Positions 10,223 through 20,513 of a stretch of 64,000 nucleotides of DNA are shown in pieces. The stretch lies in assembly GCA_963693055.1 (NCBI GenBank), contig OY843751.1, positions 288,001 through 352,000 of the forward strand. Reading direction: 5' to 3'. The notes beneath the pieces are model-generated. The model saw only the letters and a program-made list of their open reading frames with translations. It searched no databases and was not told the DNA's origin. The translations under genes and the position numbers were made by a program. Every line of letters begins with the position of its first letter. Within the stretch, counting starts at the first letter, position 1. The stretch comes from a bacterium (GTDB lineage: Bacteria; Zhuqueibacterota; Zhuqueibacteria; Residuimicrobiales; Krinioviventaceae).

Positions 10223-10413
10223 GGAACCTCCTTATTGTGAAGGTTTTTTATAAATATCCTCATAATAGTATACAATGCCTGAAATATATTTGCAAGTAAA
10301 ATCTGAATTGAAACGTGTTTTATAACCCAAATGGTGTTATAAACGGTTGAATGTCAGGTTTATTATTTGTAATATTTAATAAATTCAAGCAAATACGAGG
10401 ACTTGGAGAGTTT

Positions 10414-11937
10414 ATGGAAAATAGTAAAAGAGTTTTTCAAAATCTATTAAATTGGACAGAAAAAGCAGGGAACGCACTGCCGCACCCGGCGACCTTGTTT
10501 GCTCTTTTTGCTATATTGGTACTTTTATTTTCTGCCTTGGGCCATATGCTGGGTTGGCAGGCTGTTCATCCCGGCACACAAGAAATAGTAAAGCCTGTGA
10601 ATCTGCTTTCCCATGACGGTATCCATCGTATACTGCTTGATATGGTAGATAATTTTACTTCATTTGCGCCGCTTGGAATTGTTCTTGTGGCTATGCTGGG
10701 TATTGGAATTGCGGAACAGAGTGGTTTTATTAATGCAGTTATTCGAATGCTGGTTCTCAATTCGCCACGCCATTTATTGACATTTGTGATTGTGTTCACT
10801 GGTGTTTTGTCTAATGTTGCTTCGGATGTGGGATATGTGTTGTTGATACCCCTTGCGGGTGTAATATTTATTGCCGTTGGTAGGCATCCCATTGCGGGGA
10901 TGGCTGCGGCTTTTGCAGGTGTTTCCGGTGGTTTTAGCGCCAATCTTGTTTTAGGAACGGTTGACCCATTGCTGGCGGGTTTATCGCAGGAAGCTGCTCG
11001 GATTTTAGTGCCCGGTTACGAAGTGAATCCCACTGCAAATTATTATTTTATGTTTGTGTCTACCTTTTTTGTTGCTTTGGCGGGCACATTGGTTACCGAA
11101 AAAATTGTAGAGCCCAGACTCGGGAGTTATAGCGGCAAGCTTGATGAAAAATCCTTTGAAGCATTATCTGGAATTGAGAAAAAAGGATTGTTGATGGCGT
11201 TTTTGGCTTTTCTTGTCATTTTCATCATTACCCTTTTGGGTATCATTCCCGCAAATGGTTTTTTCAGAGGCAGTGATGGGGGGTTGCTTAGCTCGCCTTT
11301 AATCAAAGGTGTTGTTGCCATGCTGTTTATAACCGCGGGTTCTATGGGAATTGCCTATGGTGTAACAACCAGGGTTTATAAAAACGATACCGATGTTTTA
11401 AAAGGAATGGCAGATTCCATGAAAACGCTGTCTACTTATATTGTATTGGTGTTTTTTGCAGCTCAATTTGTGGCATATTTCAAGTGGAGTAATTTAGGCG
11501 TGATACTGGCTGTTAAAGGTGCAAATCTTCTCATGTCTCTTGAAATAGGTTTAATTCCATTGATGATTTTGTTTATTTTATTATCCGCTGCTATCAATAT
11601 GCTGATGGGGAGTGCATCCGCAAAATGGGCCATTCTCGCACCGGTTTTTATTCCCATGTTTATGATTATGGGCTATACACCAGAACTCTCTCAGGTGGTT
11701 TATCGCATTGGTGACAGTGTTACCAATGTAATATCACCAATGATGAGCTTTTTCGCGCTAATTATTGCCTATGTACAAAAATATGATCCCAAAGCGGGTA
11801 TTGGGACAATTATCGCTACAATGGTTCCCTATACGCTTGTGTTCCTTGTTGTCTGGATATTGTTGCTGGTAATTTGGTTGACTTTGGGCATTCCCCTGGG
11901 ACCCGGCGCTGAAATCCATTATTCATTGCCTGGTTAA
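10414..11937 (+). CDS. abgT: AbgT family transporter (p-aminobenzoyl-glutamate/MtrF-like)
   Basis: EKAGNALPHPA, GRHPIAG, GVSGGFSAN, GSASAKW, YRIGDS motifs; many TM helices. Confidence 0.93.
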   Translation: MENSKRVFQNLLNWTEKAGNALPHPATLFALFAILVLLFSALGHMLGWQAVHPGTQEIVKPVNLLSHDGIHRILLDMVDNFTSFAPLGIVLVAMLGIGIAEQSGFINAVIRMLVLNSPRHLLTFVIVFTGVLSNVASDVGYVLLIPLAGVIFIAVGRHPIAGMAAAFAGVSGGFSANLVLGTVDPLLAGLSQEAARILVPGYEVNPTANYYFMFVSTFFVALAGTLVTEKIVEPRLGSYSGKLDEKSFEALSGIEKKGLLMAFLAFLVIFIITLLGIIPANGFFRGSDGGLLSSPLIKGVVAMLFITAGSMGIAYGVTTRVYKNDTDVLKGMADSMKTLSTYIVLVFFAAQFVAYFKWSNLGVILAVKGANLLMSLEIGLIPLMILFILLSAAINMLMGSASAKWAILAPVFIPMFMIMGYTPELSQVVYRIGDSVTNVISPMMSFFALIIAYVQKYDPKAGIGTIIATMVPYTLVFLVVWILLLVIWLTLGIPLGPGAEIHYSLPG

Positions 11938-11941
11938 CTCG

Positions 11942-12834
11942 ATGAATTTTAGATATATTTTATTTTGTCTCTTATTCCTTGCAGGCTGCTCGAATGATGG
12001 TTGGAGATATCTTGGGCAGCCCCAGCCCGGACAAACGCCTCAATTATTCGCCCCTGAATATATTAACCATCATGCGCATAGTGCTCCTACATTTAGTGTT
12101 GATGGAAAAGAGATGTATTGGTCTGTTACCAGTGAACCCGGTGAGTTTAGAAAGATTCTTTTTACGCAATATGATCAAAACCACTGGACAGAGCCCTCGG
12201 TCGTTCCCTTTGCGGGTGATTTTCATGATGATCAGCCATTTGTATCGGCTGATGGAAAGTATATGTATTTTGCTTCAAAACGTCCTAAATTGATTAATGA
12301 TACTCTGAACACTAATCTGGCGATATGGCGCACAGAACGACTGAAAGAGTGTTGGAGTGAACCTAAGGCTTTTGACAGCCAGCACGGGTTTTGGACACCC
12401 TCGCAAGCGCGGGATAGTACATTATATTTTCTTGGAAGAGTAAATGGCAAAGTGGGCATTTATCGGTCAAAGCAGGTTGAGGGCACTTTTCAGCCTGCCG
12501 AGTTTTTACCTGAACCTGTTAATCTTGAAGGATATCGGAGTGTTTGTCCGTTTATATCGCCGGATGAATCTTTTCTGCTTTTTTCATCCAATCGCCCGGG
12601 GGTAGCAAAGATAAATATGGAGATTTGTATGTCTGTTTTCGTGATGAAAGAGACAACTGGAGCAAAGTCATAGATTTGGGCAATGCCATCAATTCAGATA
12701 AACAGGAGCGGTTTCCTGGTATATCTCCGGATGGGAGATATTTTTTCTTTACGCGCTGGCATAGCGCGCCTCATCACCATGATCTTTATTGGATGGATGC
12801 AGGATTTATAAGTAAATTAAGAGAGCACCTCTAA
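11942..12834 (+). pseudogene. PD40/TolB-like beta-propeller lipoprotein split by an apparent 1-base deletion (or sequencing error)
   Basis: LAGC lipobox; PD40 repeats. Adding one G to the G5 run at 12598-12602 joins the two ORFs as FSSNRPGGSKDKYGDLYVCFR. Confidence 0.8.
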
Positions 12835-13024
12835 TTCTCAAGACTAAAATATATTTACAAGAAAGAAAATTTTGGCGAACAAACAATTCTTGCAAGTTTT
12901 TAATAAATTCTTTATAATTCATTGATTGTATGCAATTCCGATTTTTGTACCTATTGTATTGGATGTAAATTATGTCCATGTCTGAATCTGTAATTTAATA
13001 TCAAATTACTATCTAGTATTGCGT

Positions 13025-16000
13025 ATGAAAACCTTGTCCCGTTTAATATTACTTTTACTGATGTTTGTATTAGTAAATGATGCATTCAGCAAAGGTACCT
13101 TTACTCCCGATCGTGCTAATCCCTTTACCGAACCCTGGAGATGGCAGCATTATTCCAATCTTGGTGGAAAAAGCTGTCGTTGTATGGCAGAGGATTCTAC
13201 CGGTGTATTGTGGTTTGGAGTAACAGGGGGAGTGATGAGCTATGATGGAATTGACTGGGACTTTTATCCATTGAATGGAGATTCCAGCCAGGTGCCGGTT
13301 ATTTCGCTCTGTGCAACCAGTATGGGATTACTCTATGTAGGAACGCCAGAGGGTATTAGCTTGTTTGCAGAGGGAGAATGGACACCTTTGAATATAGGCC
13401 TGGGATTTGGAGATTCTTTTGATTTTCCCAATAACAAATTTCCCATTCTTGAAGCTCCCGATAAAAGCATTTGGATTGGTACACAACAAGGTGCTCTGCG
13501 TATCAAAAATGATGTTATGACGCTGTACAGAGAGTTTCATATCTTTCCTGATTATCACAAGCCGGAAATTGATTTTACCGAACAGTACGAACTGGATAAA
13601 TTTGATGTCTTTTCAATCTATATTGAATCGGATAGTGTGCTCTGGATGGGGCTGCGTGATGGAAGAATTTACAAATGTATTTTAGAACCGGATGATTTGC
13701 AATCCATGCCAACCTGGGTGAGAATTGATCAGCAAGAAGGTTACATACTCTCAAGGTTTCCACTGGTAATGAAAAATGTGGATGGGTTGATTTTTGTTGT
13801 TAGTGGAGAAATTGGCAAGGGTATCAATGTTTTTGATGGAGAGAAATGGTACCAGGAATCCATGAAAGAAAAGTTTCAGGTTGATGATATTCATGCAGAT
13901 ATTGTAGAGTCTCGGGATGGATCGCTATGGATTGGCAGCTTTGGAAAAATATTTGAGTATAGTGAAGGTAAATGGTACATGTATGTAGGTCCTGGATTGC
14001 CGTTACCTTCGAACCGTTGGAATTTATTCAAGACCAAAGACGGCAGCTTGTGGATTGTTGGATTGGGAAACCAGGTGTGGCGGGTAGATCTGCTAACCGA
14101 AAGATGGACAACCTTTCAGGGAATTCATTTCCAGGCAATAGAAAAAGATGGCTGTAAATGGTTTTTATCTTATGACGGCCAGGTAATTAAAACCGATCCT
14201 CTGATGAAGAACTGGACAAGTTTTGATAAAAGTGATGGGGTGCTGGATGAACCTGTTGTCTTGTATATTACCAGCAAGGGCCAGGTGTGGATAGCCGGCA
14301 GTCATAATGAAGTGGCTGCAACCGCCTATCTGGATAATGAAAAATGGCACATACAAACCCACCCCCGTTTAGCCTGGTGTATTGGGCACCGTGCTGTTTT
14401 AGAAGATGAGCAAGGCAATCTCTGGTTTGGTTCAGGTAAAGATTATCTTGAAGATAAAGGCCAGGTTGGGGGATTGATCAAATATAGTTTTGGCCGCTCT
14501 TTGACCGAGTTTGATTGTGAGTATTATTATTTTAATGATCGATTTCATCTGTCTGCTATATATGGAATAGGACAAAGTGGAGATGGAAAGCTCTGGTGCG
14601 GACAGTTGGGCTTTTTCTGTTTTGAACCCGCAATAAATGAATGGACCAAGATTACTGAACCCATAGGCCTGGATGAAAGTTTCAATGATTGTATATCTAC
14701 ATCTGATCAAGGCAATTTATGGGTGGGAACAAGGACCTGTGGTGTTATTCGTTATGATTATAAAACTCAAAATTGGTCACAGTATACCATTAGTGAAGGT
14801 CTTTCAAGCAATACAATTATAAGCATGTATGCACTTACTGACAGCAATGTGTGGGTAGCAACAGACCAGAATATTTGCCATTTTGACGGAAGAAGCTGGA
14901 CACAGGATATCTTTCCGCATTTTATAAAGATTAATAAAGATGGCATAACCTTGCGTGCGTTAAAAGATGGTACGCTATGGTTTAATAATATACCTCAGCA
15001 ATGGCTGGTTCGGGCCATAAACAAGGAAACCAGTCCCCTAAAGTCTGAAAGAGAATTTTTTTCAATTCAATACAAGCCAGACAAACTGCCTCCCGAGACA
15101 TTTATTACATTTTCTCAGGACAAAATATCGCAGCCGGGTAATGTGATTTTATCGTGGATGGGCCATGATCCCTGGAAAGCAACGCCGGATGAAAATTTAC
15201 TCTATTCTTACAAACTGGATGATGAAGAATGGACACCTTTTAATGATAGTGTTAATCAGGTTTTTTTAAATTTAAAGGATGGAAATCATACCTTTTTAGT
15301 CAAAGCGCGTGACCGGGATATGAATGTTGACCCCTCGCCAGACAAGGTCCAATTCTATATTATTCCCTATGTTTGGAAACAACCCTGGTTTATAGGATTA
15401 ATTGCTTTCTTTTTTATTACAATTGCTTTTTTCATGTTTCATCTCGTCCATCGTAACAAGATCATTAAAGAACTTTCTGAAGCCAAGGTGAGATTGTTTA
15501 CAAATATCTCTCATGAATTGAGAACACCATTGACATTGATTTTGGGGCCGTTGAATAATTTACGTAAAAAAATTGATGGAAATTCAGATATAACCTTTCA
15601 ATTGGAAATGATGAACCGTAACTGTAACCGGTTAATGCGGCTTGTAAATCAGATACTTGATTTTCAAAAAGTGGAATCCGGCCAAATTGAATTTGATTTG
15701 GTAAAAGGAGATGTTGTTGTATTTATAAGTGATGTAACAAATTCTTTTCAATCACTTGCCGGGGAGAAACAACTGGTGTTAGCGTTTAAAGCGCAACCAG
15801 TGCATTTGGAAATGTTTTTTGATTTTGATAAACTGGAAAAAGTTTTGTTGAATCTGTTATCAAATTCATTGAAATTTACACATTCGCGGGGATCAGTACA
15901 GGTGATTGTTTCAATCATACCCGGCGATAAAGAAATACGTAAAGTGTTGCCAAACCATGGAACTATAAAATATACTGATCGGTTACAGGTTATTGTTAAA

Positions 16001-17083
16001 GATACGGGTATTGGTATTCCCAGAGAAAAATTGAATAAAATATTTAAACGGTTTTATCAGGTTCAGGAAGGTACAGATCATCATGCCGGGGGCACAGGAA
16101 TCGGTTTGGCTTTAACCAAAGAGTTGGTTGAAATACAGCAGGGTATACTTTTCGTGGAAAGTGAAAAAGGTGTAGGTACAACCTTTACTGTAGAGATCCC
16201 TGCAATTTATTCATTTGATCATGCTAAGGATAATAAAGAGACCAAAGTTATTGTGCCGGAAGTATGTCGGGCCGGTGAACTGATTAATCTTGAAAATGAC
16301 TCGGTACGTTTAGTAGAAAATCCGGATGTCAAAATATTGCTGGTTGAAGACAATTCCGATATGCGGAATTTTATCCGTAATGAACTGCAAAACCAATATA
16401 CTATTGCTGAGGCAATAGATGGATTTGATGGGTTAGAGAAAACAATTAAACAGCTTCCTGATATTATAATAACAGATATTATGATGCCTCGTATGGGTGG
16501 TATTGAATTTTGCAAGAAAATAAAAACAGATCCCCGTACAAGCCATATACCGGTAATCATGATCACTGCCAGATCATCACATCAGCATGTAATTGAAGGC
16601 CTGGAGACCGGGGCAGATGATTATCTTGCAAAACCTTTTGACAGTAAAGAACTCTCGTTACGTATTCATAATATTCTTGAAACACGTAAACAGTTGTGGA
16701 ACCGTTTTCAACAGGATATTCGTGTAGAGCCCAAAGAAATTAATATCAATTCAGTGGACCAACAATTCCTTGCAAAGGCAATTGATCTTGTTGAACAGCA
16801 TATGGATGATCCGGATTTTGATTCTAACGCATTCAGCTCCAAAATGGGAACAAGCCGTGCCGGGCTTTATAATAAGATCCGTGTGTTGACTGGTCATTCC
16901 GTTAGAGATTTTATAAATGCCATCCGTTTAAAACGTTCTGCTCAGTTGTTAAAAGAATCTGGCTTGACAATTACAGAAATTACTTATGAGGTGGGTTTTA
17001 GAGATCCCTCTTATTTTTCCAAAGCATTTAAAAAATATTTCGGCAAGCTTCCTACCGAATATGCCAAAGAGTTCCAAAAATAA
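13025..17083 (+). CDS. Hybrid two-component sensor/regulator (periplasmic beta-propeller, YYY-like domain, HisKA, HATPase, REC, AraC HTH)
   Basis: Repeated D-x-x-G-x-LW propeller motifs, TM helix, NISHELRTPL, DTGIG, GTGIGL, ITDIMMP, EVGFRDPSYFSKAFKK. Confidence 0.95.
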   Translation: MKTLSRLILLLLMFVLVNDAFSKGTFTPDRANPFTEPWRWQHYSNLGGKSCRCMAEDSTGVLWFGVTGGVMSYDGIDWDFYPLNGDSSQVPVISLCATSMGLLYVGTPEGISLFAEGEWTPLNIGLGFGDSFDFPNNKFPILEAPDKSIWIGTQQGALRIKNDVMTLYREFHIFPDYHKPEIDFTEQYELDKFDVFSIYIESDSVLWMGLRDGRIYKCILEPDDLQSMPTWVRIDQQEGYILSRFPLVMKNVDGLIFVVSGEIGKGINVFDGEKWYQESMKEKFQVDDIHADIVESRDGSLWIGSFGKIFEYSEGKWYMYVGPGLPLPSNRWNLFKTKDGSLWIVGLGNQVWRVDLLTERWTTFQGIHFQAIEKDGCKWFLSYDGQVIKTDPLMKNWTSFDKSDGVLDEPVVLYITSKGQVWIAGSHNEVAATAYLDNEKWHIQTHPRLAWCIGHRAVLEDEQGNLWFGSGKDYLEDKGQVGGLIKYSFGRSLTEFDCEYYYFNDRFHLSAIYGIGQSGDGKLWCGQLGFFCFEPAINEWTKITEPIGLDESFNDCISTSDQGNLWVGTRTCGVIRYDYKTQNWSQYTISEGLSSNTIISMYALTDSNVWVATDQNICHFDGRSWTQDIFPHFIKINKDGITLRALKDGTLWFNNIPQQWLVRAINKETSPLKSEREFFSIQYKPDKLPPETFITFSQDKISQPGNVILSWMGHDPWKATPDENLLYSYKLDDEEWTPFNDSVNQVFLNLKDGNHTFLVKARDRDMNVDPSPDKVQFYIIPYVWKQPWFIGLIAFFFITIAFFMFHLVHRNKIIKELSEAKVRLFTNISHELRTPLTLILGPLNNLRKKIDGNSDITFQLEMMNRNCNRLMRLVNQILDFQKVESGQIEFDLVKGDVVVFISDVTNSFQSLAGEKQLVLAFKAQPVHLEMFFDFDKLEKVLLNLLSNSLKFTHSRGSVQVIVSIIPGDKEIRKVLPNHGTIKYTDRLQVIVKDTGIGIPREKLNKIFKRFYQVQEGTDHHAGGTGIGLALTKELVEIQQGILFVESEKGVGTTFTVEIPAIYSFDHAKDNKETKVIVPEVCRAGELINLENDSVRLVENPDVKILLVEDNSDMRNFIRNELQNQYTIAEAIDGFDGLEKTIKQLPDIIITDIMMPRMGGIEFCKKIKTDPRTSHIPVIMITARSSHQHVIEGLETGADDYLAKPFDSKELSLRIHNILETRKQLWNRFQQDIRVEPKEININSVDQQFLAKAIDLVEQHMDDPDFDSNAFSSKMGTSRAGLYNKIRVLTGHSVRDFINAIRLKRSAQLLKESGLTITEITYEVGFRDPSYFSKAFKKYFGKLPTEYAKEFQK

Positions 17084-17098
17084 CCTGCAAAATATATA

Positions 17099-17158
17099 AT
17101 CCACAATTATACCCTCTAAATTAGACACTGATACCAGATATTTAGACATCAGTACCTG
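17099..17158 (+). promoter_or_regulatory. Candidate HTCS/AraC direct-repeat operator
   Basis: TTAGACA at 17121 and 17142 (21-bp period), each followed by TACC at the same offset; weaker third copy at 17099. Confidence 0.5.
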
Positions 17159-17351
17159 CAAAATGTCATGAATTGTAATAATTTGGTACTGTACAAGATA
17201 GTATGTTCTGTTTAGAATTTACTTGCAATTCAATATAGCCTACAGTGTAATCGTAATACTAGATATTTATAATCTGCATATTCAAATATTCTGTAACAGA
17301 TGAAAATGATTAAAATAGGTTTACAGGTTTTATATCCATTAAGGAGGCTGT

Positions 17352-20279
17352 ATGAAACAATTTGGTATTCAAAAAACAGTTCTATTGATCGTCCTGATGA
17401 TCTTTTGTGCGCACTCGGTTTACAGTGCTACGATTTCAGGACAAGTAACTGATGCCGCAACCGGAGAGCCATTACCCGGAGCAAATGTATTAATTCAGGG
17501 CACCAGTATAGGGGCAGCGACAAATGTAGAGGGTGAATATTCAATTCCCAGGGTACCACCGGGTAATTTTACCTTGTTGGTCAAATATATAGGATATCAA
17601 GACAAAAGTGAAACTGTTAATATAATTTCCGGAAGAAATCTTTTAAAAGATTTTTCATTGGAATTTGTAACCATTGAAGGTGAAATGGTAGAGATTACCG
17701 CGCAGGCCGAAGGTCAGATTGCGGCTATCAATCAGCAACTATCTGCAAGAACCATTACCAATGTGGTTGCTTCCGACCGAATCAAAGAAATACCCGATGA
17801 TAATGCAGCCGAGTCTGTAGGACGACTTCCCGGTATATCCATTATCCGCAGCGGTGGTGAAGGTGCCAAAGTGGTTATCCGTGGTTTATCACCCAAATAC
17901 AATGTGATGATGGTAAACGGTGTGCGCATGCAATCAACCGACCGTAATGACCGCAGCGTTGACCTCAATATGATCTCTCCGAATATGCTTTCAGGTATTG
18001 AAGTAACCAAGGCTTTAACTGCGGATATGGATGCTGACGCAGTTGGTGGTGTTGTAAACCTGAGAATTGATAAAGCAAAAGAAGGCTTGCACGTTGATGT
18101 TACCAGTCAAGGTGGTTATGGTTCCATGGTCGATGAGTTCAAGAATTTTCGGTTTTACGGAGGCATTAGCAATCGTTTTTATAATAACAAACTGGGTGTG
18201 CAATTAACCGCATCGATTGATGAATTTGACCGAAGTTCTGATGCTTTAAAGGCCGGCTATACCACAAATGAAGAGACCACAACCATAGAAGGTCTTGCTG
18301 AAATTGATCTGGCTTCTGTAACCATTACGGATGTTGCCTCTAGCCGTAAAAGAAAAGGTGCAGGACTGGTAATGGACTATCAGTTTGACAATGGTTCTCT
18401 TTTGTTCAGCAATTTTATTAGTGATCTCAACAGCAAAGCTGTAACAATGCAGAACGATCTTGAACTTGATGGCAACCAGTTTGATTCTTATACCACAGAA
18501 AGCGAAGGAACCACTACTGTTTATAATAATACGTTACAGGGTGACTATACATTATGGGATCTGGATATTGATTTCTCTATTGCCAATTCAGTCTCAAAAA
18601 TGAATGTTCCCGGTGATTTGAAAATGCGGGTTATTCCGGAACAGGACCAGGCAGGCTTTACAACGGATTTGGGCGCCAAGGCTATAGATGCTACACCCAG
18701 TGAATTTTTAAACAGTGTGAATTTTATTGCTGATGATCTGCGGACCAAAAGATTAGAATCAAATGAGCGCAATGTAACGGTTTCTGAGCAAAATGCCATG
18801 ATGAATGTCAGCTTGCCATATCGCTTTACCAATTATTTGTCAGGCAAGATCAAGTTTGGTGCTAAATACAGAGTCAGTAAACGTGAGAATGATGAAACGC
18901 TATATTTCATTAACCCTGACCGTCATACACCCAGTCAGGCTTTTACCCGTATGATGATTGATTCGTTGTGGACCGATTTAGGTTTGAATGCAATTGATAC
19001 GGGTAACGGTATTCGCGCTTTTTTGTTTGAAAACCCCAATTATGATGTGGGTAATTTCCTTGCGGGTAAAGAAAATATAGAGAACGACAAGTTTTATTAC
19101 ACCGGCAGCCTTTTGAGAATGAACCAGTATGAAGGTTTAGCCCGCAAATGGAACCATTTTTTCAAAGAATCGCGTGAATCGAACCAGTATGACTATACCT
19201 ATGATGATGATGTTACCGCGTTTTATTTAATGACAGAAATGGATATAGGTAGATATGTAACATTTATTCCGGGTATTCGCTATGAAAGCATGAACATTAA
19301 ATATGATGCCTGGGGTACCACTTATGTAGGCCCGGAATTCTATGATTTCTATAATGAAAAAATCAAATTAAACAAGACTGAGGAAAACTGGTTTCCGCAA
19401 ATACATTTGCGCATCAAACCGTTTGACTGGCTGGATGTACGCCTGGCAAGCACAAAATCCATTATTTATCCGGATTACCGGGCAATGTCACCCTATTACT
19501 ATTTTTCTTCAGGGTCTCCAAGTATATCTATGGGAAATCCAACACTTAGCCCGGCTATTGCACAGAACTATGATATATACACATCAATTTACGATAACTA
19601 TATCGGTCTGTTTACTTTGGGATTCTTTCAAAAAGATATGGAAGATCTGATCACCACATCCAGATTTTACACAATGGATGCGGAAAGGATCTTTAATACG
19701 GTTACAATACCTCAAAACAAGAATACAACTGTTGATACCTGGATAAATCTTGAAGACAAGTCCACAGTGAAAGGATTTGAAGTTGATTGGCAAACCAATT
19801 TCTGGTACCTACCGGGAATATTACGCAGTATTGTTTTCAGTATCAATTATTCACATATGGATTCAGAGACCCGCTTTCCTTACCAGTTTGTAAGAAAAGA
19901 AGGCACCGGTATTTTTGCCAAATCCGTATTTGTTGATTCAACCCGCAGCGGTCGTATGCCGAACCAGTCTAATGATATTTTGAATTCAACCGTTGGTTTT
20001 GATTACCGCGGATTTTCCATGCGCTTGTCTTTTCTCTACCAGGGAAATACTTTGAACAGTGCATCGGGACGTGAAGAGCTGGATCCATATACCGATGATT
20101 ACTATCGTTGGGATTTGATTATTAATCAGAAACTGCCATGGCATGGACTTGAATTGTACAGCAATATCAAGAATTTAACAAATCGTCCTGACAGATACTT
20201 TGTAAGTAAATTTGAGTTGTTATCTTCGGCAGTCTATACAGGCAGGACAGCTGATGTAGGATTACGATTTAGATTCTAA
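17352..20279 (+). CDS. TonB-dependent receptor with carboxypeptidase-regulatory-like N domain
   Basis: GEPLPGANV N domain; plug motif NAAESVGRLPG; IEVTKALTADMDADAVGG; C-terminal GLRFRF. Confidence 0.95.
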   Translation: MKQFGIQKTVLLIVLMIFCAHSVYSATISGQVTDAATGEPLPGANVLIQGTSIGAATNVEGEYSIPRVPPGNFTLLVKYIGYQDKSETVNIISGRNLLKDFSLEFVTIEGEMVEITAQAEGQIAAINQQLSARTITNVVASDRIKEIPDDNAAESVGRLPGISIIRSGGEGAKVVIRGLSPKYNVMMVNGVRMQSTDRNDRSVDLNMISPNMLSGIEVTKALTADMDADAVGGVVNLRIDKAKEGLHVDVTSQGGYGSMVDEFKNFRFYGGISNRFYNNKLGVQLTASIDEFDRSSDALKAGYTTNEETTTIEGLAEIDLASVTITDVASSRKRKGAGLVMDYQFDNGSLLFSNFISDLNSKAVTMQNDLELDGNQFDSYTTESEGTTTVYNNTLQGDYTLWDLDIDFSIANSVSKMNVPGDLKMRVIPEQDQAGFTTDLGAKAIDATPSEFLNSVNFIADDLRTKRLESNERNVTVSEQNAMMNVSLPYRFTNYLSGKIKFGAKYRVSKRENDETLYFINPDRHTPSQAFTRMMIDSLWTDLGLNAIDTGNGIRAFLFENPNYDVGNFLAGKENIENDKFYYTGSLLRMNQYEGLARKWNHFFKESRESNQYDYTYDDDVTAFYLMTEMDIGRYVTFIPGIRYESMNIKYDAWGTTYVGPEFYDFYNEKIKLNKTEENWFPQIHLRIKPFDWLDVRLASTKSIIYPDYRAMSPYYYFSSGSPSISMGNPTLSPAIAQNYDIYTSIYDNYIGLFTLGFFQKDMEDLITTSRFYTMDAERIFNTVTIPQNKNTTVDTWINLEDKSTVKGFEVDWQTNFWYLPGILRSIVFSINYSHMDSETRFPYQFVRKEGTGIFAKSVFVDSTRSGRMPNQSNDILNSTVGFDYRGFSMRLSFLYQGNTLNSASGREELDPYTDDYYRWDLIINQKLPWHGLELYSNIKNLTNRPDRYFVSKFELLSSAVYTGRTADVGLRFRF

Positions 20280-20367
20280 ATATTAGCCTAAAGATATTTA
20301 GGCAAGATAGTAGAGCAAGGTAGGCATTATTAACTGAGAAATTTAATCTAACTAGCAATTTTTTTAA

Positions 20368-20379
20368 AAAGGAGGTGAT
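20368..20379 (+). promoter_or_regulatory. Perfect extended Shine-Dalgarno motif without a properly spaced start codon (STAB-SD-like)
   Basis: AAAGGAGGTGAT, complementary to the canonical 16S 3' end; about 135 nt upstream of the ATG at 20514, which has its own GGGAG RBS. Confidence 0.55.
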
Positions 20380-20513
20380 GTCGGCATATTCATCAGGAAA
20401 CAAAGGTACCAAATGTAATAGGATTGGTACATTGACACTAAATGTATGGAGGTTGTAAAACAGAGTGTCATTTAAGCTTATTGGGTAAAGAAATTAATTA
20501 ATAGGGAGAAACT

